Shown in pieces: positions 7,319-17,277 of a DNA stretch of 42,265 bases. The DNA comes from Candidatus Zixiibacteriota bacterium (lineage in GTDB: Bacteria; Zixibacteria; MSB-5A5; GN15; JAAZOE01). The DNA lies in assembly GCA_043819555.1 (NCBI GenBank), contig JBDREQ010000011.1, positions 1-42,265 of the forward strand, read 5' to 3'. The stretch's first letter is position 1. Each line of letters starts with the position of its first letter. The notes below the pieces were generated by a model. It ran no database searches. It worked only from the letters and a program-made list of their open reading frames with translations, and had not been told where the DNA came from. A program made the position numbers and the translations under genes.

Positions 7319-10252
7319 GTGACCCACAGGACCATTTCAATTATCATTTTACTCTTTTCCGCATTTGTTCTAAGCTCCTGTACTAGTATATATTTTAATA
7401 CTTTTCACAACGTTCGCAAAAACTTCAATGACGCCGAAAAAACGCGAAAAAAAGATGGACGGGATAACGCGAAGGGCGGTGAAATTCAGAAATACAATAT
7501 AGCAATTACAAAAGCTTCAAAGGTTCTGGAAAAACACCCCACCTCAAGCTGGGTCGATGACGCGCTATATATTATTGGAACAGCCTATTACTATTTGGGC
7601 GAATATTCGAATTCTTCAAGGAAATTCAAGGAACTTTTGGCAAATTATCCTGAATCGGAGTTTATACCGCGCTCTCGAGTTCTATTGGCCAAGGCTAAAT
7701 TAAAGCTAAAAGAGGAGACCGAGGCAATTGTCATATTTGAAGAGATATTTGCAAAGAGTAAAGATAAGAAAATGAAGGCCGATGCCGCCCGGGCTTTGGG
7801 TGAATATTACTTTGAAGCGCAGGACTATGAAAACGCCAATCTGTATTTTCAGTCGCTAATCGATTCACTGGGAGAAGATAAGGACAAGTTGCGTGCCCTT
7901 ATATATGTGGGCAATGGATATTTCGAAAGGTACAATATCAAACCGGCCCGGGAAAATTATAACAAGGCATTAAATTATAGCCCGGATACTCTGGACTATT
8001 ATCGTTTACAATTCAAACTCGCCGAATGTGATTATTTCCTGTTTAACATACGGGGCGGACTGCAAACGCTGCAATTGTTGGCAGATAACGAACTTTATTA
8101 TGATTCTTTGGCTCCGATACGATTAAAAATGGCAGAGGGATATGAATGGGATGGAGACCTTGAATCGGCTATTAATACTTATGAACAGGTTTCGCTTGAA
8201 AATCCGGGCAAAGAGGCATCGGCGGTCGCGTATTATGAATTGGCGCTGATTTATCAATATGACTTTGAGGATTTGATCAAGGCCCGCTCCTATTTTAATA
8301 GCGCCCGTGAAGAAAGACGACAATCATCGGTTTATGAAGATGCCACTAAGCGCGCATCCCAGTTAGCTTTGCTCGAAGAGTATATGCAGATGGGCGGTGA
8401 GGAGAAAGACCAAAATATTTCTCTTGATGATAATTCATCAGAAATGGAATTATTAAGCGAAAACCAGTTTAACCTGGGCGAGTTGTATTATTATGATCTT
8501 GATAAACAGGATTCGGCTATAAGCGCCTTTCAAGCTTTGCTGCAGCGATTCCCAAATTCGCGCCATGCTCCGCGAGCGTTAATTGCTATGTCATACATCT
8601 ATGAAAATGATTTATTTGATACTACCGGAGCCGACAGCCTGTTGCGCCTTGTTTTAAGCGATTACGCTCATTTTGATGAAGCTGAAATAGTCATAGATAA
8701 ATTAGGCTTGGCGGGAACAGTTGCCGACACGGGATATGCCTTAGTAATTTATCGCAAAGCTGAGAATTTTCTTGAGGAATTTCAAAATCTTGACAAAGAA
8801 TGGTATTTCCCATTTGAAGGAAGGATTACTCCGCCAATCGACACAACCAGTTCAGTAGATACTTCAAAAATGGATGGTGAAGAAATAACACCATCAGATA
8901 CTTTAACCGAAGATGGAGATATTGTCGAAAGTGAAACGACCGATACGACTTCATCCGTTTTTGTGCCGGATACAAAATTGTTCGATTCGACAGTTCAAAC
9001 TGGTGAAGCGATCAGGCTAACGGATTTGATGCGACAATCCAAAGGCGAGACAACTGAAAGCAAAGATTCAAAAATCGATCCAAATGATAGTCTTTCCATA
9101 CCGGATTCATTACCGTTTCCTGAACCACAACCAGGCAGAGATATGCAGGATAGTCTTATTGTACAGGATTCATTGCCACTATCTAAGCTACCGGGACAAC
9201 TTAACAATCAGACTGGAAAATCATTGCCAAAAGACGATCGAGATGATTTTGACCGATTACGAGGTCGCAATTTGGCGCAAACTGGGAAAGACAGTTTATT
9301 GAAATCAACTGACAACCTATCCGCCGAAAAACCTGTTTTAGAAATAGACAAGACACCTGCAGATAGTCTTAAGATTCAGGGCACCGATGATTTAATTTCC
9401 GATAGTCTGGACGCGTCAAAGTTAAATATAATCGATGCCGATAGTACAGCCTTTATTAATTTCAATGAGATGTCTGAAAAAGTAGATTCGTTCGGAGTGT
9501 TTGGCACCAGCGATCAGCCTCTGGATACGGTACCGCGGGATAAAGCTTATTACCATGCCCTCGGCTTGATTGATTCGGCCAGATTTTACTACCAGTATGT
9601 CGTTGACAGTTTTCCTCAATCCGAGCATAGCATTCAAGCCCGGTATTTACTTCTATGGACGTATGATAATTACTTCGCTCCCGGTGACTCACTGCTGATT
9701 GATTTATATTCTGCCTTTGTCGATTCCTTCCCTCAATCGGAATTTACGAAGTTTATCGGTTCGGAATACAGGATCAATCCATCGCCGGAAATCGCGCGGC
9801 AAATTAAGAAAAGAGATAAACCGATCGAGAATCCGGTCAGTCCGGAAGATGCTCCATCTGGAGATGAACAACCATTCGCGTCCGAGGAACCCGCTGACAC
9901 GCTATCTCCGGAACTAAAGGCAATCTCAAAATTCATTACCGATGCGGACGGCAAACAATTGCCTCCGGCGAATGAATACTTTCTGGCGGAAAACTATGCC
10001 TTTGAGTATCCTCTTGAGGCGGTAGCGGCGCGGATAGAGGATAATCTGTATTTTCAAATCAGAATCGATTTTACCGGCAAGGTGGAAGAATTGGTCCTGA
10101 TGAATCCTACATCATCGCCTGAGCTTAATGAACGAATTTCGGAAACCGTAAAAAATACATTATTCAATAATGGCCTTATACCACCTGAATTGTATGACAC
10201 ATGGTTTTATTATAAGCGGGAGGTCCGCATACCTAACGAGTTCAAGCAATGA
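7319..10252 (+). CDS. Large TPR-repeat lipoprotein (PorW/SprE- or BamD-like N-terminus) with D/S/T-rich linker and C-terminal TonB-C-like domain
   Basis: Lipobox VLSSC; YFNTFHN..AITKASKVLEKHPTSSWVDDALYIIG TPR pattern; acidic low-complexity middle; C-terminal YPLEAVAARIEDNLYFQIRIDFTGKVEELVLMNPTSSPELNERISETVK. Confidence 0.8.
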   Translation: MTHRTISIIILLFSAFVLSSCTSIYFNTFHNVRKNFNDAEKTRKKDGRDNAKGGEIQKYNIAITKASKVLEKHPTSSWVDDALYIIGTAYYYLGEYSNSSRKFKELLANYPESEFIPRSRVLLAKAKLKLKEETEAIVIFEEIFAKSKDKKMKADAARALGEYYFEAQDYENANLYFQSLIDSLGEDKDKLRALIYVGNGYFERYNIKPARENYNKALNYSPDTLDYYRLQFKLAECDYFLFNIRGGLQTLQLLADNELYYDSLAPIRLKMAEGYEWDGDLESAINTYEQVSLENPGKEASAVAYYELALIYQYDFEDLIKARSYFNSAREERRQSSVYEDATKRASQLALLEEYMQMGGEEKDQNISLDDNSSEMELLSENQFNLGELYYYDLDKQDSAISAFQALLQRFPNSRHAPRALIAMSYIYENDLFDTTGADSLLRLVLSDYAHFDEAEIVIDKLGLAGTVADTGYALVIYRKAENFLEEFQNLDKEWYFPFEGRITPPIDTTSSVDTSKMDGEEITPSDTLTEDGDIVESETTDTTSSVFVPDTKLFDSTVQTGEAIRLTDLMRQSKGETTESKDSKIDPNDSLSIPDSLPFPEPQPGRDMQDSLIVQDSLPLSKLPGQLNNQTGKSLPKDDRDDFDRLRGRNLAQTGKDSLLKSTDNLSAEKPVLEIDKTPADSLKIQGTDDLISDSLDASKLNIIDADSTAFINFNEMSEKVDSFGVFGTSDQPLDTVPRDKAYYHALGLIDSARFYYQYVVDSFPQSEHSIQARYLLLWTYDNYFAPGDSLLIDLYSAFVDSFPQSEFTKFIGSEYRINPSPEIARQIKKRDKPIENPVSPEDAPSGDEQPFASEEPADTLSPELKAISKFITDADGKQLPPANEYFLAENYAFEYPLEAVAARIEDNLYFQIRIDFTGKVEELVLMNPTSSPELNERISETVKNTLFNNGLIPPELYDTWFYYKREVRIPNEFKQ

Positions 10253-11058
10253 AAAAAACCGTTCCACAAATATGCAAAGTTATTTCCAATCGCAAACTGA
10301 ATTCGTCGGGCGCTTACTTCAAGATTTCCGTCGAAGGATTTAAGGCATCAAGAGAGATTTTACCGGGTCAATTTGTGCATGTCAAAGTTAAACCGGGCAA
10401 TGACCCTTTTTTCCGCAGAGCTTTTTCGATCGCCGATTTCGATAAAGCGGCTGAACGGCTGGAGATTATTTACAAAGTCGTCGGCAGAGGAACATCGATT
10501 CTGGGGAAGATGGGCAAAGGTGATTCCCTTGATGTCATCGGTCCGCTGGGCAATCATTTTGAAAAACCGGGAAAGAGTAAAAGCGTGGTTATTGTTGCAG
10601 GGGGAGTCGGCCTGCCGCCATTGCTTTTCCTGGGCCAGTTTCTTTTAGATAAAGGGCACTCCTCAAAGAATATTATTTTCTTTTACGGTGGCCGTACTCA
10701 AAACGATCTTGTCGAACTGGCTTCTCTTCGTCGGTTGGGAGTTGACTTTATCCCCTGTACTGATGATGGGTCTTATGGGTTTCACGGGTTGATAACGGAA
10801 GCATTGGAAGAAAAGTTATCTGTTCTTGACGCAAATAAATCTATACTTTACGGTTGCGGACCCGAACCGATGCTTGAGGCTTTGCAGAATCTGGCAATAC
10901 GGCATGGTTACGTCGGGCAATTATCACTTGAGGCTCCTATGCCGTGCGGTGTTGGAGTTTGTCTGGGGTGTATCAAAGAAAGGCTCGACCAACCCAAAAA
11001 GTACATCCGGGTTTGTTATGACGGACCGGTCTTTAATATAGGCGAGATTAAGATTTGA
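10249..11058 (+). CDS. pyrK: Dihydroorotate dehydrogenase B electron transfer subunit
   Basis: PGQFV, RRAFSI, GPLGN, VAGGVGLPP, CGPEPM, MPCGVGVCLGC...RVCYDGPVF; adjacent to pyrD. Confidence 0.95.
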   Translation: MKKTVPQICKVISNRKLNSSGAYFKISVEGFKASREILPGQFVHVKVKPGNDPFFRRAFSIADFDKAAERLEIIYKVVGRGTSILGKMGKGDSLDVIGPLGNHFEKPGKSKSVVIVAGGVGLPPLLFLGQFLLDKGHSSKNIIFFYGGRTQNDLVELASLRRLGVDFIPCTDDGSYGFHGLITEALEEKLSVLDANKSILYGCGPEPMLEALQNLAIRHGYVGQLSLEAPMPCGVGVCLGCIKERLDQPKKYIRVCYDGPVFNIGEIKI

Positions 11059-11975
11059 AGCCGAATTTAAAAATAGAAATAGCCGGTGTAAAATTCAAAA
11101 ATCCTGTGATGGTGGCTTCAGGTACGTTTGGTTACGGCGAGGAATTTGAAAATTTAATTGACCTCAATGCGCTGGGCGCCGTCGTCACTAAAACAATAAC
11201 GATGGAGGAACGCCAGGGCCATCCTCCTCCGCGGACGTGCGAAACCGCGGCGGGCATGCTCAATGCTATCGGACTGGCCAACGTTGGCATCAATAGATTC
11301 ATTGATGAAAAAATCCCGTTTCTAAAAAAATTAGAAACCAAAATCATTGTAAATGTAGCCGGTTCGTCAATTGATGAATATGTCGAAATCTGCCGTCGAT
11401 TGGAAAAATCAGGCGGCTTCAATATGCTCGAGATAAACTTATCATGCCCCAATGTTGACGAAGGGGGCATGGAATTTGGAGTCGATGCCGAATTGACAGA
11501 GAAAGTAATCCGGGCTATCGTTCAGGTTTCCAGCCGACCAATTATCGCCAAACTTTCTCCCAATGTAACCTCGATCGTTAATATCGCCAGAGCGGCAAAG
11601 TCCGGTGGCGCCGCGGCCGTATCTCTTATTAATACTCTGGTCGGGATGGCTATCGATATTGAAACCGGATATCCGAGATTATCCTATACAACCGGGGGCT
11701 TATCCGGTCCGGCCATAAAGCCGGTTGGCATCGCGATGGTTTATAAAATCAAACAGGCGGTTGATATTCCAATTATCGGAATTGGGGGCATATCAGCATG
11801 GGAGGATGCTGTCGAATATCATTTGGCCGGCGCCACAGGAATTCAGGTCGGAACCGCCAATTTTGTAGAACCGGATGTGACAATGAAAATCATTAAAGGA
11901 TTATCGTCTTATCTTAAATCTAAAAGAATAGATTCCTTGAGCGAAATTATCGGCAAAGTCAGGACTCAAAGATGA
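11055..11975 (+). CDS. pyrD: Dihydroorotate dehydrogenase B catalytic subunit
   Basis: NPVMVASGTFG, MLNAIGLAN, EINLSCPNV, KLSPNVT, SLINTL, GGLSGPAIKP, IGIGGI. Confidence 0.96.
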   Translation: MKPNLKIEIAGVKFKNPVMVASGTFGYGEEFENLIDLNALGAVVTKTITMEERQGHPPPRTCETAAGMLNAIGLANVGINRFIDEKIPFLKKLETKIIVNVAGSSIDEYVEICRRLEKSGGFNMLEINLSCPNVDEGGMEFGVDAELTEKVIRAIVQVSSRPIIAKLSPNVTSIVNIARAAKSGGAAAVSLINTLVGMAIDIETGYPRLSYTTGGLSGPAIKPVGIAMVYKIKQAVDIPIIGIGGISAWEDAVEYHLAGATGIQVGTANFVEPDVTMKIIKGLSSYLKSKRIDSLSEIIGKVRTQR

Positions 11976-12793
11976 TCGCATTAAAAAAACTTCTGGCGAG
12001 CGTTGAGAAAAACAGTTCCATGTTATGCGTTGGGCTGGATATTGATCCGCGCAAACTCCCTGAGGGGTTTGATGAAAGTATCAAAAGTCTGGCACGTTTT
12101 ATGCTTGATATTATTGAAGCCACCTCCGACAAGGTCGCGGCATATAAACCCAATCTCGCATTCTACGAAGCGCTTGGCCCCGAAGGATTATCGCTTCTCA
12201 AACTGGTTTGCGACCGCATACCCGACGATACAGTAATTATTCTTGACGGAAAACGAGGCGATATCGGGAATACCGGAGAGTTTTATGCCAAAACATGTTT
12301 TGAAGTTTACGGCGCCGACTGGGCGACTATCAATCCATATATGGGGTACGACTCGGTTCGTCCATTTGTTCGATACAAAAATAATGGCGTTTTTATTCTG
12401 TGCCTGACTTCAAATTCGGGGGCAAGGGATTTTCAAAGGCTCGAGATCGGTAACCGGCCGCTGTACATGCATGTGGCAGAAAAAACCGTATCGTGGAATA
12501 AAAATAATAACTGCGGGCTGGTCGTCGGGGCAACTTATCCGGAACAGCTGGCTAAAGTACGCCGCGTGGCCGAAGACATGCCGCTTCTCATCCCCGGAGT
12601 CGGCGCCCAGGGTGGTGATTTGGAAAAATCAGTTTTGGGCGGTACTGATAACTTCAAAAAACCGGCTATTATAAATGTTTCCCGCTCGGTATTGTATGCC
12701 AGTGAAAAATCGGATTATGCCGAAGCGGCCCGTGCGGTTGTAGAAAAATTGAATGGTGATATAAGCCAGTTACGCCAAAAACCGGCGCAATAA
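11972..12793 (+). CDS. pyrF: Orotidine-5'-phosphate decarboxylase (type 2)
   Basis: LCVGLD, YKPNLAFY, LDGKRGDIGNT, LCLTSN, GLVVGAT, LIPGVGAQGG, INVSRS. Confidence 0.96.
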   Translation: MIALKKLLASVEKNSSMLCVGLDIDPRKLPEGFDESIKSLARFMLDIIEATSDKVAAYKPNLAFYEALGPEGLSLLKLVCDRIPDDTVIILDGKRGDIGNTGEFYAKTCFEVYGADWATINPYMGYDSVRPFVRYKNNGVFILCLTSNSGARDFQRLEIGNRPLYMHVAEKTVSWNKNNNCGLVVGATYPEQLAKVRRVAEDMPLLIPGVGAQGGDLEKSVLGGTDNFKKPAIINVSRSVLYASEKSDYAEAARAVVEKLNGDISQLRQKPAQ

Positions 12794-12823
12794 ATATCAA
12801 TTTGGCTCACAACGAATATATCC

Positions 12824-12857
12824 AAAGAAAAAGGCGAAACGCCAAAAGCATTTCGCC
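12824..12857 (-). terminator. Intrinsic terminator after recA (between convergent pyrF and recA)
   Basis: GGCGAAACGC-CAAAA-GCATTTCGCC stem preceded on + by an A tract (U tract on minus). Confidence 0.65.
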
Positions 12858-12884
12858 CTAATCATTTACAGATGTTTTTGAAAA

Positions 12885-13928
12885 TTACTCGGCCTTTTTC
12901 ACCTCTACTTTAGATTCTTCGTCCGCGGCGTGTAGCCCCAGCCTTACTTTAATATCATGCTCGATTTTTTGCTTTATATCGGCGTTTTCATCAAGGAACT
13001 GTTTAACCCGTTCACGGCCTTGGCCTAAACGGTCCGAACCATAAGAAAACCACGCCCCGGATTTTTGCACTATTTCTTCCCGGACGCCGATATCGAGAAT
13101 CTCGCCGACGTTTGAGATACCCTTTCCATAAGTGATATCGAATTCTGCTTCGCGGAATGGCGGCGCGACTTTGTTTTTCACCACCCGTACTCGGGTCCGA
13201 TTCCCAACCACTGAATCGCCCTCCTTGATAGTGGCTATTTTCCTGATGTCAAGCCTGACCGTGGCATAAAACTTCAATGCCCGGCCACCGGTAGTTGTTT
13301 CCGGATTGCCGAACATAACTCCGATTTTCATCCTGATTTGATTTATAAAAATAAGGCAACATTTCGATTTCGAAACAACGCCGGTCAGCTTTCTCAATGC
13401 CTGCGACATCAGCCGCGCCTGCAGGCCCATATGAGAATCGCCCATTTCGCCTTCGATTTCAGCCCGCGGAACCAGCGCCGCCACCGAATCAATTACGATA
13501 ATATCGATGGCCCCGGAACGAACGAGGGTCTCGACTATTTCGAGAGCCTGCTCGCCGGTATCAGGCTGAGATATTAGCAAATTGTCGAGATCAACGCCCA
13601 AAGCCCGGGAATAATTTGGATCAATGGCATGCTCGGCGTCAATAAAGGCGGCTGTACCACCAACTTTTTGCGCTTCGGCAATAGCATGCAGGGCTAAGGT
13701 CGTTTTGCCTGAGGACTCGGGGCCATAAATCTCGATGACTCGCCCGCGGGGATATCCTCCGACTCCCATAGCCGCATCCACGCCCAGTGAACCGCTTTGA
13801 ATAACATCAATACCGGTGGCGATATCATCTCCTCCGAGTTTCATAATCGAACCTTTGCCAAATTGTTTTTCAATCTGGCTCACGGCCGCATCCAATGCCT
13901 TCTTCTGGTCTTGTTGTATAACTGCCAT
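12885..13928 (-). CDS. recA: Recombinase A
   Basis: [59 protein letters not shown]. Start ATG 13928 after AAGGGAAGGG. Confidence 0.99.
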   Translation of the reverse strand: MAVIQQDQKKALDAAVSQIEKQFGKGSIMKLGGDDIATGIDVIQSGSLGVDAAMGVGGYPRGRVIEIYGPESSGKTTLALHAIAEAQKVGGTAAFIDAEHAIDPNYSRALGVDLDNLLISQPDTGEQALEIVETLVRSGAIDIIVIDSVAALVPRAEIEGEMGDSHMGLQARLMSQALRKLTGVVSKSKCCLIFINQIRMKIGVMFGNPETTTGGRALKFYATVRLDIRKIATIKEGDSVVGNRTRVRVVKNKVAPPFREAEFDITYGKGISNVGEILDIGVREEIVQKSGAWFSYGSDRLGQGRERVKQFLDENADIKQKIEHDIKVRLGLHAADEESKVEVKKAE

Positions 13929-13938
13929 AACCCTTCCC

Positions 13939-14496
13939 TTATTGTTCAAGTTTAAATTTTTTCAAATCTTCATAGATCGGACCGCGAGGTGTCAACGTTG
14001 ATTTAATCAGGGCCGCTCGATCAAATATAACTGCTTCGCTATCAAATTTCAAGTTTCTCAAATAATCCGTTAACGGCGTTAAGTCACTTTTTTTCTTAAT
14101 GCGACCAAGAGTTAAATGAGGAGACAGGATTTTTGTATCTTTTTCAATGCCGATTTTGACCAATTCCTTATTAATAGAGTTTGCCATTTCAACTGCAAAT
14201 CCGGATTCATCCAGGCCCGCCCATATAACGCGCGGATTATAAATATTCGGAAATCCACCGCACCCGGTCAATTTAGCCTTAAATGCATTTCGCCCTGTCA
14301 GGGCATGAGTTATGGCGCCAGCTATTCCCTCAACGATATCTTTCTCCGTATCGCCCAGAAACTTCAGAGTCAAATGCATATTTTCCGGCTCGACCCACTT
14401 AATTCCTTCGGCAAGAGGACGCAAATCGGTAAGAACCTTTCCCAATTCTTCTTTGATTTGGCCCGGCAAATGCAGGGCAATAAACAGTCGTAGCAT
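13939..14496 (-). CDS. thpR: RNA 2',3'-cyclic phosphodiesterase (2H family)
   Basis: RLFIAL, two HxT motifs ([15 protein letters not shown]), [10 protein letters not shown]. Confidence 0.93.
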   Translation of the reverse strand: MLRLFIALHLPGQIKEELGKVLTDLRPLAEGIKWVEPENMHLTLKFLGDTEKDIVEGIAGAITHALTGRNAFKAKLTGCGGFPNIYNPRVIWAGLDESGFAVEMANSINKELVKIGIEKDTKILSPHLTLGRIKKKSDLTPLTDYLRNLKFDSEAVIFDRAALIKSTLTPRGPIYEDLKKFKLEQ

Positions 14497-14573
14497 TTCC
14501 TTTTGCTCCTGGAATCCCTTATTTAGATTTTATAAAAAATACAGTAAAAAACGGCTGAAGTATATCACAAATT

Positions 14574-15815
14574 TCAATCAATCCCCAAAAGCTCTTTGCG
14601 AATCATATTTAACGCCGTTGCGACGGCGCGTTCCCGATTAATTTCCCGATCCAGGCTCAGGTTAAATTTCCGATAATGTACTCGCTCGGCCGCGGCCAGG
14701 CCAATAAAAACGGTACCAACCGGCTTTTCATCTGTGCCGCCTCCGGGACCGGCAACGCCGGTTACTGATACTCCCATATCGGCTCCAAAGGATTTGACCA
14801 GTCCGGAAGCCATTGCTTTGGCAGTTTCGGCCGATACCGCCCCAAATCTCTCCAATACATCGCGCGCCACGCCCAATTTGTCGATTTTAACATCATTAGC
14901 GTAGGCTATAATACCTCCCAGGAAATAATCGGAAGAACCGGGAACCGAAGTAATTCGGGCTCCTAATAGTCCGCCAGTGCACGATTCAGCAACCGCTAGA
15001 GTCATTCCCCTTTCAGTCAATATTTGTCCGATGACTTCTTCAAGTTCGCGATCATCTTCAGTATATATATATTTTCCTGCCTTTTCACGAATCCCGTCAG
15101 CGAGAAGTTTTATTCCGGATTCGACTTCTTCGGCGATTGTCCCGGAGCCTTTGATACACAAATCAACACCTTTATACGAAGGCAAATATGCCAGCGAAAC
15201 CCCTTCGGCGAAATTCAAAGCCGGTCTGATTTTTTCGGCCAAGGCCGATTCTATTATGCCGGTTGTTCGCATGCGATGACGCTTGATAATTTGATTTCCC
15301 ATTTGGCTTTGAAGCATAGGCAGCAATTCTTCGTCGGTCATCGTACGCATTTCAATCGGAACCCCGGGCATGGCGCAGAAAAATTTCCCGCGATCTTCGA
15401 TAACAATACCCAGGGCGGAGCCGGTTTTATTGGCCAGAAAACGAGAACCCTGAGGAAGCAGAGCTTGATTTTGATTTATGGCCGGCATTTTCAAGCCGCG
15501 ATCGGCAAATCTTTTTTGAAGGCTGGTTAATATATCTTCATGAAATATCAGATTGCGTTGAAAAACTTTGCAGATGGCTCTTTTGGTAATATCATCGTCG
15601 GTTGGACCTAATCCGCCGGTTGTAATGACTACATTAGCCCGCCGAAGACCAAGATTTATCGCTTCAACGAGTTGATCCATCTTATCGCCGGTTGTGCTTT
15701 TGTATTTAATGTCCAATCCGATACTGTCAAGCCGCTGTCCCAAAAAGGCTGAATTGGTATCAATTCTTGAACCATATAAAAGTTCATCGCCGATCGTTAT
15801 TATTTCTACAACCAT
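14574..15815 (-). CDS. cinA: CinA-family protein (MocF domain + PncC NMN deamidase)
   Basis: IGDELL..DTN, TGGLGPTDDDIT, PGVPIEM, AVAESCTGG, GAVSAE, TGVAGPGGG..KPVGTV. Confidence 0.95.
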   Translation of the reverse strand: MVVEIITIGDELLYGSRIDTNSAFLGQRLDSIGLDIKYKSTTGDKMDQLVEAINLGLRRANVVITTGGLGPTDDDITKRAICKVFQRNLIFHEDILTSLQKRFADRGLKMPAINQNQALLPQGSRFLANKTGSALGIVIEDRGKFFCAMPGVPIEMRTMTDEELLPMLQSQMGNQIIKRHRMRTTGIIESALAEKIRPALNFAEGVSLAYLPSYKGVDLCIKGSGTIAEEVESGIKLLADGIREKAGKYIYTEDDRELEEVIGQILTERGMTLAVAESCTGGLLGARITSVPGSSDYFLGGIIAYANDVKIDKLGVARDVLERFGAVSAETAKAMASGLVKSFGADMGVSVTGVAGPGGGTDEKPVGTVFIGLAAAERVHYRKFNLSLDREINRERAVATALNMIRKELLGID

Positions 15816-15836
15816 TTTGCTTCTCGAAAAATTAAA

Positions 15837-16304
15837 TTAAAATCCCAGCCAGTTTAGCTGGCTTAAAACAATAATGCACAGCCAGCAGGTTAAATTTGTG
15901 TAAATTGCGGCGAAAACATCATCCATCGTTATACCCCATCCTCCGGGGAATGATTCGCATTTTCCCGACGGATACGGTTTTATTACGTCATAAAACCTGA
16001 ACAGAACAAAAGCCACAATGTACACATCAATACGATATGGCAAATATATGAGTGAGACAAACATCCCGGCCCACTCATCGATTACTATTTTCTTGGCGTC
16101 ATGCCCAAAAAACTCTTCGGCTCGACCTGAAGACCAGACGGAAATAATTATTGTCACAATTGCGGCAATAAATAGAAGAATCTGATTTTGTCCCAGCCAG
16201 AGCCAGGCTATTATCCAGGCAGGAATTGTTCCAATGCTTCCGGGGACAACCGGGAAGTACCCTGAGTAAAAACCCGTCGCAATGACTTTTACCAGGCTTT
16301 TCAT
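15837..16304 (-). CDS. pgpA: Phosphatidylglycerophosphatase A
   Basis: GYFPVVPGSIGT, IVIDEWAG, FRFYDVIKP, GGWGITMDDVFA. Confidence 0.93.
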   Translation of the reverse strand: MKSLVKVIATGFYSGYFPVVPGSIGTIPAWIIAWLWLGQNQILLFIAAIVTIIISVWSSGRAEEFFGHDAKKIVIDEWAGMFVSLIYLPYRIDVYIVAFVLFRFYDVIKPYPSGKCESFPGGWGITMDDVFAAIYTNLTCWLCIIVLSQLNWLGF

Positions 16305-16892
16305 TTATTTTAAAACCGCCTTTATGATTGATCCGTTCTTAATCAGGTAGTCAATTCCTGTCAAGACCGTTACAACCGTTGTACTCAGCATCATCCAGTC
16401 AAAAACTTGTATTACAAGAGGTGAATCAAAAAACCCCCCGGAATATCCGGTCGATTCCATGACTGTTTTTAAATTTATATATAGCAGGATCGCTGAGATA
16501 GTTGTCATTTGCAGAACCGTTTTGAACTTGGCTGACATGGTTGGCGAAATAACCATGCCGCGATAAGCCGCCAGCGAGCGCAGACCGGTGATTGCGAATT
16601 CTCTGATTATTATCAACATAATCATCCAGGCTTTGACATACCCCAATGCCAGGAATGAAACAAATGCAGTAGAGGTCAAAATCTTATCGGCCAGGGGATC
16701 CATGAACTTGCCAAATCCGGTTATTATATTGTATTTGCGGGCCAAATAACCGTCCCAGACGTCTGTCAGCGCGGCGAATATAAATATGATCATTGACAAT
16801 ACTCGGCAGTAGACGTTTTCCATCAGGAAAAAAACCATAAAAACCGGTGATAACACTATGCGTGCCAATGTCAATTTATTTGGGGTATTCAT
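16305..16892 (-). CDS. pgsA: CDP-diacylglycerol--glycerol-3-phosphate 3-phosphatidyltransferase
   Basis: PNKLTLARI, CDP-alcohol phosphotransferase motif DVWDGYLAR...GKFMDPLADK, IIREF. Confidence 0.95.
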   Translation of the reverse strand: MNTPNKLTLARIVLSPVFMVFFLMENVYCRVLSMIIFIFAALTDVWDGYLARKYNIITGFGKFMDPLADKILTSTAFVSFLALGYVKAWMIMLIIIREFAITGLRSLAAYRGMVISPTMSAKFKTVLQMTTISAILLYINLKTVMESTGYSGGFFDSPLVIQVFDWMMLSTTVVTVLTGIDYLIKNGSIIKAVLK

Positions 16893-16914
16893 TATCCTCT
16901 ACCATCAGGGCAAA

Positions 16915-16943
16915 AATGTACGGCAATATAATCGGGCTGTCAA
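16915..16943 (-). promoter_or_regulatory. sigma70-type promoter for pgsA-pgpA-cinA-thpR-recA
   Basis: TTGACA-17 nt-TACATT on the minus strand, 22 nt upstream of the pgsA ATG. Confidence 0.7.
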
Positions 16944-16986
16944 GTTATGAATCTTGATATGGCCCGGACAATGTGGAAATGTGAGC

Positions 16987-17067
16987 AAAAAAATATCCCA
17001 GACCGGAGCGCACCAGTCTGGGATGACGATGTTAGGAAGAATCCACTACTGCAACACTTTCCGTTGC
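16987..17067 (-). ncRNA. Candidate stand-alone small RNA (~80 nt)
   Basis: TTGACA (17102-17097) upstream; 5' hairpin GCAAC-GGAAAGU-GUUGC; unpaired AGUAGUGGAUUCUUCCUAACAUCGUC; 12-bp terminator stem AUCCCAGACUGG/CCGGUCUGGGAU plus U tract; no ORF. Confidence 0.55.
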
Positions 17068-17221
17068 AATAATAAAAAAACAAAAGTTTATAAAAATGTC
17101 AAGGAAAAAATAAGGTTTTTTTAAATTATTTTTATATAAACTTTTACCTTGCAATAAATTTTGAAATGCCAATTACTGCCGGCAAATCCATGCATCAGGA
17201 TTTAATCCTCTGGATTTTTTC

Positions 17222-17250
17222 TTGACAAGCATAATTGGTATCGGTTTATT
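17222..17250 (+). promoter_or_regulatory. sigma70-type promoter for spt operon
   Basis: TTGACA-17 nt-TTTATT, 27 nt upstream of the TTG start. Confidence 0.55.
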
Positions 17251-17277
17251 GGATGGTCTTAGGTAAAGCGAGGAATA

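Noticed and set aside
14497..14573. LexA/SOS box upstream of thpR-recA
   Set aside because: Only a half-site-like TACTGTAT is visible; there is no palindrome matching a LexA motif I can support.
12885..16892. pgsA-pgpA-cinA-thpR-recA linkage as a novel system
   Set aside because: This is a well-known conserved gene order in many bacteria.
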